Source of the DNA: an uncultured Alphaproteobacteria bacterium
GTDB lineage: Bacteria; Pseudomonadota; Alphaproteobacteria; Rs-D84
Length of the DNA: 64,000 bases
Direction: 5' to 3'
Assembly (NCBI GenBank): GCA_947646585.1
Contig: CANSHD010000001.1
Span: forward strand, 313,210-377,209
Shown here: piece after piece, positions 48,355 to 56,859 of the stretch
Layout of the letters: every line of letters begins with the position of its first letter
How positions within the stretch are numbered: position 1 is the first letter of the stretch
Made by a program: the position numbers and the translations under genes
Notes under the pieces: model-generated
Seen by the model: only the letters and a program-made list of their open reading frames with translations
What the model was told of the DNA's origin: nothing
Database searches by the model: none

Positions 48355-50415
48355 ATGAAATTCAAAAAATTCTTACGCATTCTGTTAAACATAATATTCT
48401 GGTGCTTTACCGCGGCGGTTGCGGCGTTGGCGGCGCTGGTGCTGATATACGGGCATGATTTGCCGGACTATAAAAAGCTGGCGACATACGCGCCGCCGGT
48501 TGCAACGCGTTTGTATGCATCCGATGGCTCTTTGTTGATAGAGTATGCCGAAGAGCGGCGCGTGTTTATCGATTATGCCGATCTGCCGCCCCAGTTGGTG
48601 AACGCCTTTATCGCGGCCGAAGACCAGAACTTTTGGACACACCCCGGCATCGACATGCAGGGCATAATCCGCGCGGTTGCAAACAATACTCTGGGCGCTC
48701 TTGGGTTCCATGCGAATTTTTCGGGTGCATCCACCATCACACAGCAGGTTGCCAAGAATTTCTTTTTAACGTCGGAACGCACACTTTCGCGCAAGATAAA
48801 AGAGGCGATACTGGCGCTGCGGCTGGAACGTACTTTTTCCAAGCAGCACATAATGACGCTGTACCTGAATCAGATATTTTTGGGTGCGCGTGCATATGGC
48901 GTGGGTTCGGCGGCGCTGATGTATTTTAACAAGCCGGTCGCGGAATTGTCATTGGCCGAATGCGCGTTTTTGGCGTCACTGCCAAAGGCGCCGAATAATC
49001 GCGACCGTGCGGTTGAGCGCCGCAATTATGTTCTGCGCCGTATGGTGGAAGAGGGATTTGTTACCAAAGACCAGGCGGCCGCGGCCGCGGCCGAAGAGCT
49101 GAATATCAACAGCGGCTTTACCGCCCAGATGGAACCGGAGTTCCAGTATTTCGCCGAAGATGTCCGCCGCCAGCTGCTGGGGACAATCGGCCGCGAGCAG
49201 CTGTATAACGAGGGACTATATATCAAAACAACAATCGTCCCCGAATATCAGCGCGCAGCGTCGGCGGCGTTGAACAAGGCGCTGGATACATATAACAACG
49301 GCCGCGGCGGCAAGGAAAAGCTGCAGGGGGCGATTATCGTCATGAACCCGCACACGGGCCGCGTTCTGGCCATGGCCGGTGGGCGCAGCTTTGCGGAAAG
49401 CTCTTTCAACCGCGCAACCCAGGCATACCGCCAGGTGGGCTCTACCATAAAGCCGTTCGTGTATCTGGCGGCGCTGGAACGCGGCATGTCGCCTGAGGCA
49501 TTATTGCTGGACGCGCCGATTGTCGGGGTCCGTGAAAACAACATGATTTGGAAGCCGGAAAATTATGACAAGAAATTTTTGGGCGACGTGCCGTTGCGTC
49601 TGGCGCTGGAAACATCGCGCAACGTGCCGGCTGTGCGCCTGGTCGAGCAAATCGGTGTTCGTGACGCCATCGACGCCGCCCAGCGTTTCGGCGTATATCC
49701 GGCCGATATGAAGAATATGAACCTGTCTTTGGCGTTGGGGTCGGGCGAAACGACATTGGCGCGTCTGGTCACGGGGTATGCGGCGTTTATAAACGGCGGC
49801 CGCGCAATAGAGCCAAAGTTTGTCGATTATATAGAGGACAGATACGGTCGCCTGGTCGGGGGCTCCGCGCCGGAAATGGTGGAATGGTCCGAAGATTTAT
49901 TGCCGCCGGCCCCGGGCGATGCCGGTGACGCATTGTCCGACCCGCAGAGCCTGTATCAGATAGTCTCCATCCTGCAGGGTGCGGTGGAACGTGGCACGGG
50001 CAAGCAAGCGCGTGTTGCCGGCCATACCATCGCGGGCAAGACCGGAACGACCAACGATGTAAAGGATGTCTGGTTTGTCGGATTTTCCAAAAATTTGATT
50101 ACGGGCGTTTATTTGGGCTATGACACGCCGCGTCCTTTGGGCAAGGGCGCCGGCAGCCATATGGCCGCCCTGGCATTTGCGGACTTTATGACGGTGGCGT
50201 TGGCGCCGGAAAAGAATCAGCCGTTTGCGGTTCCAAATGGCCTAACGTTTATGCGTGTCAACCGGCGCAGCGGTGCGGCCGCGGCGGCCGACCCCGACGG
50301 CGTGATTATAACCGAGGCGTTCAAGCCCGGCCAGCGTCCCAACCCCGCACCGCGCCGCGCCACGTCCGATGCGACCGCGCCGGCCGCATCGGCGGTTGTC
50401 GGTGGCGTATTTTAA
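48355..50415 (+). CDS. Class A penicillin-binding protein, bifunctional glycosyltransferase/transpeptidase (PBP1A family).
   Basis: N-terminal TM anchor. GT51 motifs 'AAEDQNFWTHPGID', 'GASTITQQVAKN', 'RKIKEAILALRLE'. TP motifs 'GSTIKPFVY' (SxxK) and 'KTGTTND' (KTG). Confidence 0.8.
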   Translation: MKFKKFLRILLNIIFWCFTAAVAALAALVLIYGHDLPDYKKLATYAPPVATRLYASDGSLLIEYAEERRVFIDYADLPPQLVNAFIAAEDQNFWTHPGIDMQGIIRAVANNTLGALGFHANFSGASTITQQVAKNFFLTSERTLSRKIKEAILALRLERTFSKQHIMTLYLNQIFLGARAYGVGSAALMYFNKPVAELSLAECAFLASLPKAPNNRDRAVERRNYVLRRMVEEGFVTKDQAAAAAAEELNINSGFTAQMEPEFQYFAEDVRRQLLGTIGREQLYNEGLYIKTTIVPEYQRAASAALNKALDTYNNGRGGKEKLQGAIIVMNPHTGRVLAMAGGRSFAESSFNRATQAYRQVGSTIKPFVYLAALERGMSPEALLLDAPIVGVRENNMIWKPENYDKKFLGDVPLRLALETSRNVPAVRLVEQIGVRDAIDAAQRFGVYPADMKNMNLSLALGSGETTLARLVTGYAAFINGGRAIEPKFVDYIEDRYGRLVGGSAPEMVEWSEDLLPPAPGDAGDALSDPQSLYQIVSILQGAVERGTGKQARVAGHTIAGKTGTTNDVKDVWFVGFSKNLITGVYLGYDTPRPLGKGAGSHMAALAFADFMTVALAPEKNQPFAVPNGLTFMRVNRRSGAAAAADPDGVIITEAFKPGQRPNPAPRRATSDATAPAASAVVGGVF

Positions 50416-50469
50416 TTTCGAATCGCTTTTCTTTGTGGTATAATTGCCCCCGTACGGGGGCGATTTGAT

Positions 50470-50775
50470 ATGAAAAAAGTATTTTTATTTTCTGTTATTT
50501 GTGCGTCGTTGGCCGCCTGTGACGGCGAAAAAAAATCCGACGTTATTGTTCAGCAGTGCGGTGATTATACCGTTGAAATAACATTGGATGAAACTGGCGA
50601 CAAAATAAACGCTGTTCTTAACGGTGATGCGGTTGAATTGACAAATGTCGTCGCGGCGTCCGGGGCGAAATTTGACGGTGTTTTAAACGATACGGCTGTA
50701 ACGCTGTGGAACAAGGGCGAAATGTGGACGATGATTTTAGATGACGACATGATTGTTGAATGCGTCGCTAAATAA
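50470..50775 (+). CDS. mliC: MliC-family lipoprotein (membrane-bound lysozyme inhibitor of C-type lysozyme).
   Basis: Lipobox 'SLAAC'. 'QQCGDYTVEITLDETGD…AVELTNVVAASGAKFDG…LWNKGEMW…IVEC' fits the MliC pattern of two Cys, S-A-S-G-A-K/R-Y/F and LWxKG. Confidence 0.55.
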   Translation: MKKVFLFSVICASLAACDGEKKSDVIVQQCGDYTVEITLDETGDKINAVLNGDAVELTNVVAASGAKFDGVLNDTAVTLWNKGEMWTMILDDDMIVECVAK

Positions 50776-50830
50776 GATTTATTTTCCTTAAATTGTATGA
50801 TAAAATGGTCGGCATAAGAAGGAGATTTTT

Positions 50831-51919
50831 ATGCTGACCGATTTTTTTCTGTCCCGTGGTGTGTCTTTTTTTGCCAGTGGCTGGACGCAGTTTGCCGCCG
50901 CGTTCGGATTGGCTTTTCTGATAATGTTCCTGTTTGGACGGCCGTTTGTGGCGGCCATGCGCGCCTGGCAGAAAAAGGGTCAGCCGATAAGTGAAAACGT
51001 TCCCGAATCCCATCGCAAGAAAGCGGGCACGCCGACAATGGGCGGCCTGCTGGTGCTGATTGCGATATTGGCGGCGTCATTGCTGTTTATGCCATTGCAT
51101 AGCGGTGTTGCATGGATTGCGCTGGCCTCTCTTGTCATGTTTGGCGCAATCGGTTTTGCGGATGATTATAAAAAGGTCGCCAGCCAGTCGAAAAAGGCCT
51201 CGAACGGTCTGTCACCGGCAATGCGCCTGGGGCTGGAGGGGCTGTGCGTCATCGTTTTGGCGTATTTGATTAACCGCACGATGCCGCCTTATATTCCGGC
51301 GTATTCGTTGGCGATTGGCGCGGGGATTATATTGCCGCTGGGGCTGCTGTACTATGTGTTTGCGTATTTTGTAATATGCGGTTCGGCCAATGCAACGAAT
51401 ATTACGGACGGCCTGGACGGAATGCTGGCGAAACTGTATATGCCGGTGCTGGTCGTGCTGGTTGTGGCGCTTTATGGTGCGACGCGCATCGGATTTATGG
51501 ATACGGTTATGTTTTTGCCGTCCGCGTCCGGGCTGTATGCGGTTCTGGGTGCGGCGTTTGGTGCGGTGCTGGGGTTCTTGTGGTATAATGCAAAGCCCGC
51601 CTCCATATTCATGGGCGATGTCGGGTCGTTGGCACTGGGCGGATTTATGGGTACAGTTGCGATGCTGTTGAAATCGGAAATCATTATGGGGGTCGCCGCT
51701 GGAATGATGGTTTTGATTTTGCTGTCGTCGTTTATCCAGACAATGTTCTTTAAAATCACGCGCCGTGCCACGGGAACAGGTCGCCGTATCTTTCTGCGCG
51801 CGCCGCTGCATCATCATTTTGAAGAACTTGGCTGGTCCGAAACCAAGATTGTGGAGCGTTTCTTTATCATCTCCATACTGTTTTCGGGACTGGCGCTGGT
51901 GCTGTTGAAATTTGCATAA
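50831..51919 (+). CDS. mraY: Phospho-N-acetylmuramoyl-pentapeptide transferase MraY.
   Basis: 'KKAGTPTMGGLLVLIA', 'NATNITDGLDGM', 'GDVGSLALGG' and 'GFADDYKK' motifs. Ten TM segments. Confidence 0.9.
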   Translation: MLTDFFLSRGVSFFASGWTQFAAAFGLAFLIMFLFGRPFVAAMRAWQKKGQPISENVPESHRKKAGTPTMGGLLVLIAILAASLLFMPLHSGVAWIALASLVMFGAIGFADDYKKVASQSKKASNGLSPAMRLGLEGLCVIVLAYLINRTMPPYIPAYSLAIGAGIILPLGLLYYVFAYFVICGSANATNITDGLDGMLAKLYMPVLVVLVVALYGATRIGFMDTVMFLPSASGLYAVLGAAFGAVLGFLWYNAKPASIFMGDVGSLALGGFMGTVAMLLKSEIIMGVAAGMMVLILLSSFIQTMFFKITRRATGTGRRIFLRAPLHHHFEELGWSETKIVERFFIISILFSGLALVLLKFA

Positions 51920-51922
51920 GGA

Positions 51923-53077
51923 ATGCGGGCGCCCGGAATGTTCAAGCGAAGCGAAGAAAGCAAGTTAACCAGTTGGTATTTTGAGATTGATCGCCGCCTG
52001 CTTGGGTGCGTGCTGTTGCTGGTGTTTATCGGGATGCTGTTTGTTGTCTCGGCCGGTTCTGTGTCGGCCGAGCGTATCGGCCAGCCGTGGCATTATTTCA
52101 TGCTTAAAATGATGCCTTTCTATGTCATAGGCCTGGTTACGTTGTTCGCAGCCAGCATGCTTGATAAGAAATGGGTGCTGCGTATCAGTGTGCTAAATGT
52201 TGCGGCGGGGCTTGCGCTGTTGCCGTTGACGGTCGTGATGCCCCACGTGATTAAGGGGTCAAAGCGTTTCGTGTCTTTGATGGGCTTTAACGTTATGCCA
52301 GCTGATATTATGAAGCCCGGATTCATTATTCTGACCGCGTGGTTTTTGGCGCGCATGTCCGAAAAGTTTGGCGCGGGCATGTTCACAAACCGCGATGCAT
52401 GGCGTCCCGCCTGGCTAAGCTGGTGGACATATCTGGCGATATTTGTGCCGTCGTTGCTTATTATCTTTGCGCACCCGGACGTGGGAACCGCGATGCTATA
52501 TCTGGCCGTGCTGGGGGTGATGCTGTTTATTGCGGGCCTGCCATGGAAGCTGTTCGCGGGGGTTATCGCGCTTATCCCGCTGGGGATAACGGCCGCGTTC
52601 TTTACGATGGGCCACGTTCATCGTCGTATCATGACGCTGATTACCGGTGACGGTGACAATTATCAGGTGACCCAGTCGGTCCAGTCGATTCAGCACGGCG
52701 GCCTGTTGGGCAGTGGCGACGACGCGTTTGTAAAGCAGTCTTTGCCCGATGCGCACACGGACTTTATCTTTGCGGCCATCGCCGAAGACGTGGGCGCCAT
52801 AATCGCGTGCGGCCTGCTGTGTCTGTTGCTGTATGTTTTGAAAAGATTGACCACCGATGCGATTGATGCGCGCGATCCGTTCGTGTTCTATGCGACCGGT
52901 GGCGCGGCGGCGTTGTTCGGCACCCAGGTTTGTATCAATTTAATGACCACACTGCATTTGTTCGCGCCAAAGGGAATGACTCTGCCGTTTATTTCATACG
53001 GCGGCAGCTCGTTTGTTGCGTTCTGCCTGCTGTTCGGAATGATTCTGGCGGTTGTGCGCGAAGACAAATGGAAATAA
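51923..53077 (+). CDS. ftsW: SEDS-family peptidoglycan glycosyltransferase FtsW.
   Basis: Polytopic membrane protein. 'HTDFIFAAIAED' and 'LPFISYGGSS' SEDS signatures. Starts 4 nt after the mraY stop. Confidence 0.8.
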   Translation: MRAPGMFKRSEESKLTSWYFEIDRRLLGCVLLLVFIGMLFVVSAGSVSAERIGQPWHYFMLKMMPFYVIGLVTLFAASMLDKKWVLRISVLNVAAGLALLPLTVVMPHVIKGSKRFVSLMGFNVMPADIMKPGFIILTAWFLARMSEKFGAGMFTNRDAWRPAWLSWWTYLAIFVPSLLIIFAHPDVGTAMLYLAVLGVMLFIAGLPWKLFAGVIALIPLGITAAFFTMGHVHRRIMTLITGDGDNYQVTQSVQSIQHGGLLGSGDDAFVKQSLPDAHTDFIFAAIAEDVGAIIACGLLCLLLYVLKRLTTDAIDARDPFVFYATGGAAALFGTQVCINLMTTLHLFAPKGMTLPFISYGGSSFVAFCLLFGMILAVVREDKWK

Positions 53078-53092
53078 TACGGGGGAAGAAAT

Positions 53093-54139
53093 ATGAAAAT
53101 ATGGATTGCGACAGGCGGTACCGGCGGACACGTGTTCCCGGCGTTAAGTGTGGCGGAGGCATTGGCCGCCGCGGGGCATCGGATAACAATTTCATGTGAC
53201 GGGCGCGTTCGCGAAATGGTCGCGCGCGGGGCGCCCGCCGGCGCGCGCCGCGTTCACATATGGGCATCTGGTGTCGGTGCAAAAAGCAGACTGCGCCAAA
53301 TGTATGCGCTGGGCAAGATTGGCGTGTCCGCGTCGGCGCTGGCGTTGCGGTTCATGTTTTCGCGCCCCGACCGTGTCGTTGCATTCGGCGGATATGCGTC
53401 CGTTCCGGCGGTGTTTGCCGCGCATCTGTGGCGCGTGCCGACATACCTGCATGAACAGAACGCCGCAATCGGCCGCGCGAACAAGTTCGCCATGCGCTGG
53501 GTCAAGACACTGATGACCAGTTTCCCGCACGTTGCCGGAATCCCCGCTGGCACGTCTGCGCGCGTGATATACACCGGCCTGCCGGTGCGCCGTGAATTTT
53601 TGGATGCGTCGAATTCTCCGTTGACTCACGGGGGACGGATTCTGGTGACGGGCGGCTCGCTGGGGGCGCAGATTTTGGATGATGTCGTTCCCGGTGCGAT
53701 TGCCGCGATGAAGAACAAGAAAATATTCGTCACGCACCAGACGCGTCCGGAAAATGTCGCGCGCCTGCAAAAATTTTACGCGGACAATAAAATCCGTGCC
53801 AACGTTTTGTCGTTTGTTCACGATATGGCGGCGCGCATAATTGATGCGGACCTAATCATCGGTCGCAGCGGCGCCAGCACAGTTGTCGAATTGCAGACGG
53901 TCGGCCGTCCGGCGATATTGGTCCCGCTTGGCATAAACCCGGACCAGGCGGCAAACGCCGCGGCGTTTGCGAAAAACGGCGGCGGATTCGCCGTGGAGCA
54001 GTCAAAGTTCACCGCGCGCTGGTTGACGGCGACATTGAACGAGCTGTTTGACAATCCGTCGCGCCTGGATAAAATGGCCGCCAAGGCATTTGTACCCAAC
54101 GACGCTGTCGATAATATTGTCGCCGCGATATTAAAATAA
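53093..54139 (+). CDS. murG: UDP-GlcNAc:undecaprenyl-PP-MurNAc-pentapeptide GlcNAc transferase MurG.
   Basis: 'IWIATGGTGGHVFPALSVAEAL', 'GGYASVPAVFAA', 'GRSGASTVVELQTVGRPAILVP'. Confidence 0.85.
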   Translation: MKIWIATGGTGGHVFPALSVAEALAAAGHRITISCDGRVREMVARGAPAGARRVHIWASGVGAKSRLRQMYALGKIGVSASALALRFMFSRPDRVVAFGGYASVPAVFAAHLWRVPTYLHEQNAAIGRANKFAMRWVKTLMTSFPHVAGIPAGTSARVIYTGLPVRREFLDASNSPLTHGGRILVTGGSLGAQILDDVVPGAIAAMKNKKIFVTHQTRPENVARLQKFYADNKIRANVLSFVHDMAARIIDADLIIGRSGASTVVELQTVGRPAILVPLGINPDQAANAAAFAKNGGGFAVEQSKFTARWLTATLNELFDNPSRLDKMAAKAFVPNDAVDNIVAAILK

Positions 54140-54209
54140 TATCAAACGCATTTTTCTGCTTGCTTGCGATTCGTCATTTGTTCTATGATGCAATTGGAAG
54201 GAAAGGAAT

Positions 54210-55547
54210 ATGCGGCGAATTACAGTTTCTGTTTTGTCGATTTTCATTGCATTGCCGGCATTGGGGGGATCGCGTCTGCCTGTTGTTAACATTGGGGCGG
54301 CGGGGGTTTCCGCACGTGCCGCATTCGGCGAGGATGTAACCCTTAAAACGGCCAAGGTGACCGCCGCACGGTCGGAAAATACGCCGGCCGTCACGGTTGC
54401 GCCCGCACCGAAAAAGACGGTTGTCGCACGCAATGCAAAAAAAGCGGCCCCTGTGAAACAGGCGGCGGCGCCGTCGGTTGATAGCGGCCAGAAAATTGCC
54501 GCGGCTGATGTCTTGGTTCCGCACCGCCCCAGTTCCGATTTGTGGGCAAAAACGGATAGCCCGCTGCGCATGCCGACAAAAGATGAGATTTCTGTCGTGC
54601 GCGCCGATTATGATTTGCCCGAAGAAAGTTTGGATGCCGCGCCGCGCCGCGCCATGATTGCCAGTGCGGATACGTCCGCGCCGCGTACGGGCGCCCTGGA
54701 CGCAGAGATAGAGCGTCTGGTTGAACTGCAGCGTCGTGCGGATGCGTCGGTCGAGGCGCCAAAGGTTGCGTCGCGCGCCGCGTCGTCGTCGCGTGTTATT
54801 GCGGCGCCCATTGCGGATGAGGTTCCGGAAAAGACCGCAGCCGTTAAATCACGCCCGGCCAAATCGCCGGTTGTCGCGGACGATGCGGACACGCGTGTTG
54901 CAACGCGCCGCATGGTTGTCCCGATGCAGGACGACGTGATTGTTCGTGCGGTTGAAAAGACCGCATCGCCACGCATTGCGGCGGTGCGCGACGACATGAC
55001 GTCTTTGTCGCCGTCCGAACTGCGCAAGGCGTTCCGTAAAACCTATTTGTCGGAAAACAAGCATTTATCCACATATCAGATTGACGACCGTTTTGATGTC
55101 GCCAGCGACATGACATCATCGATAGAAGGGTTTACCGCAAAGCGCGATTTGTCAGAGGCCGGCGGTGTTCGCCCGTTGGAAATCAAGATAAAGTTCCGCG
55201 GCGATGATTCGGCCCTGTCGCGTGACAATTATAATTTGTTGACGGAGTATGCCGGCATCGTGGTCAGCAATCCAAAGCGCGCGATTCAGGTATCCATCCC
55301 CCAGCGTGCCACAACAAACATGACCGACCGCAAACTGGCGGCGCGCCGTCTGGCGATTGTGGAACAGGTCCTGCGTGATACCGGCGTGTCTGAGCAGCGT
55401 ATCATGCCCGTATTGTCGCAGCGTGACGAGGAGGGATTTGTTCTGCGCATTATCTCCAGCGACCAGTACGAAACATTAAGCAAGCAAAAGCGCGATATGT
55501 TCGGTGACACTATCAACAAGAAAACATACACCAGCATGTCTTGGTAA
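54210..55547 (+). CDS. Secreted Ala/Pro/Val-rich hypothetical protein with a possible C-terminal OmpA-like fold.
   Basis: Signal peptide 'MRRITVSVLSIFIALPALGGS'. Low-complexity central region. C-terminal 'NMTDRKLAARRLAIVEQVLRDTGVSEQRI' weakly resembles OmpA_C. Confidence 0.35.
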   Translation: MRRITVSVLSIFIALPALGGSRLPVVNIGAAGVSARAAFGEDVTLKTAKVTAARSENTPAVTVAPAPKKTVVARNAKKAAPVKQAAAPSVDSGQKIAAADVLVPHRPSSDLWAKTDSPLRMPTKDEISVVRADYDLPEESLDAAPRRAMIASADTSAPRTGALDAEIERLVELQRRADASVEAPKVASRAASSSRVIAAPIADEVPEKTAAVKSRPAKSPVVADDADTRVATRRMVVPMQDDVIVRAVEKTASPRIAAVRDDMTSLSPSELRKAFRKTYLSENKHLSTYQIDDRFDVASDMTSSIEGFTAKRDLSEAGGVRPLEIKIKFRGDDSALSRDNYNLLTEYAGIVVSNPKRAIQVSIPQRATTNMTDRKLAARRLAIVEQVLRDTGVSEQRIMPVLSQRDEEGFVLRIISSDQYETLSKQKRDMFGDTINKKTYTSMSW

Positions 55548-56269
55548 TCATGATTGCCCGCGGCATAGAAAAGATTATTGAGTTTTTATTCCCTCCGGCG
55601 TGTCCTGTATGTGGCGCGCCGGTGTCTTTACACGGTGAACTGTGCGCCGATTGTTTCGGATGTTTTGAATGGATAGATTCGCCAAAGTGTTCGCGTTGCG
55701 GTTATCCGATGGTGTTTGCGCCCAATGGTGCGGCCGTTTGTCCGGCGTGCGCGCGTGATGAGTTCGGTCTGGAATGGCTGCGCAGTGCGTGCCGCTATGA
55801 CGAAATGTCGCGCAGTGTGATGCTGTCGTTTAAACACGGGGGACGGATAAAGTATGCGCGTTTTATGGCGCGTGCAATGATATGGGCGCTGCGCGACGTG
55901 CCGGCGGATTGTGATATTGTAATGCCGGTTCCGTTGGCGCGTCCGCGTTTGATTCACAGAACGTACAACCAGGCGACGCTGCTGGCGCGGCCCATTGCGC
56001 ATGCGATGAACGTACCGCTGGACGTTGACAGTGTCCGTCGCCGTCATCGCCCCGACATGGGTCACATGACCCCGCGCCAGCGAAAAGAAAACATACGCGG
56101 CGTGTTCACGGTTGCGCGTCCGGACCGCGTACGGGGACGTAAAATATTGCTGGTTGACGATGTGTATACGAGTGGCGCTACATTGTCGGAACTGCGCCGC
56201 GTATTGCTGCGCGCCGGGGCGAAATCCGTATGCGGGGTCACGTTCTGCCGCGTTGTCCGCACGGTATAG
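55541..56269 (+). CDS. comF: ComF-family protein (double zinc ribbon plus phosphoribosyltransferase domain).
   Basis: 'CPVCGAPV…CADCFGCF…CSRCGYPM…CPAC' Cys clusters. PRTase motif 'ILLVDDVYTSGATL'. Confidence 0.7.
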   Translation: MVIMIARGIEKIIEFLFPPACPVCGAPVSLHGELCADCFGCFEWIDSPKCSRCGYPMVFAPNGAAVCPACARDEFGLEWLRSACRYDEMSRSVMLSFKHGGRIKYARFMARAMIWALRDVPADCDIVMPVPLARPRLIHRTYNQATLLARPIAHAMNVPLDVDSVRRRHRPDMGHMTPRQRKENIRGVFTVARPDRVRGRKILLVDDVYTSGATLSELRRVLLRAGAKSVCGVTFCRVVRTV

Positions 56270-56334
56270 TCGCCGCTTGAATTTTGAATTTATTCTGATA
56301 CGATTAAAAAGTTTAATTTTTACAGGGGAATGAT

Positions 56335-56856
56335 ATGAAAAAAGTGTTTATGCTGGCGGTCGCGCTGATGTGCGTGGTTCGCGGCGGTAATGCGGCGGCG
56401 TTAACGGGCCTATACCAGACGATTGATGACAAGACGAACCTGCCGAAATCGGTTGTCGCATTGTATGAATACGCCGACGGCGACGATACGGAATTGGCGG
56501 GGCGCATTGTCGCATTATACGGCGCCGACGGCAAAATATCCGAGACCATTGCGAATCCGGTTCGGGTTGCGGATAAAATAAAGGGTGCGCCGAAATTCGT
56601 CGGCCTGGACATAATATGGGACATGGAATGGGACGCGGATGACAACCGTTACGAAGACGGCAAGATTATGGACCCAACATCGGGCAAGGTTTATTCATCC
56701 GTCATCTGGTCTGATGCGCCGGGCGCATTGAACGTGCGCGGAAAAATCGGCCCGATTGGCCGCACCCAGAAATGGCGCGCGTTATCCGCATCGGACACGC
56801 CGGCCGCACTGAAAGATATTGATACGTCGAAATGGACACCGAATACAGGGAAATAA
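56335..56856 (+). CDS. DUF2147-like periplasmic protein.
   Basis: Signal peptide. 'GKIMDPTSGKVYSSVIW…LNVRGKIGPIGRTQKWRAL' resembles the DUF2147 'ILDPxxGKxY…LxVRGYxG…GRtQxW' block. Confidence 0.45.
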   Translation: MKKVFMLAVALMCVVRGGNAAALTGLYQTIDDKTNLPKSVVALYEYADGDDTELAGRIVALYGADGKISETIANPVRVADKIKGAPKFVGLDIIWDMEWDADDNRYEDGKIMDPTSGKVYSSVIWSDAPGALNVRGKIGPIGRTQKWRALSASDTPAALKDIDTSKWTPNTGK

Positions 56857-56859
56857 GAA

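Noticed and set aside
54131-54571. Minus-strand ORFs overlapping the 5' part of the secreted hypothetical gene after murG.
   Set aside because: Antisense shadow ORFs. The plus-strand ORF has a signal peptide and a long uninterrupted frame.
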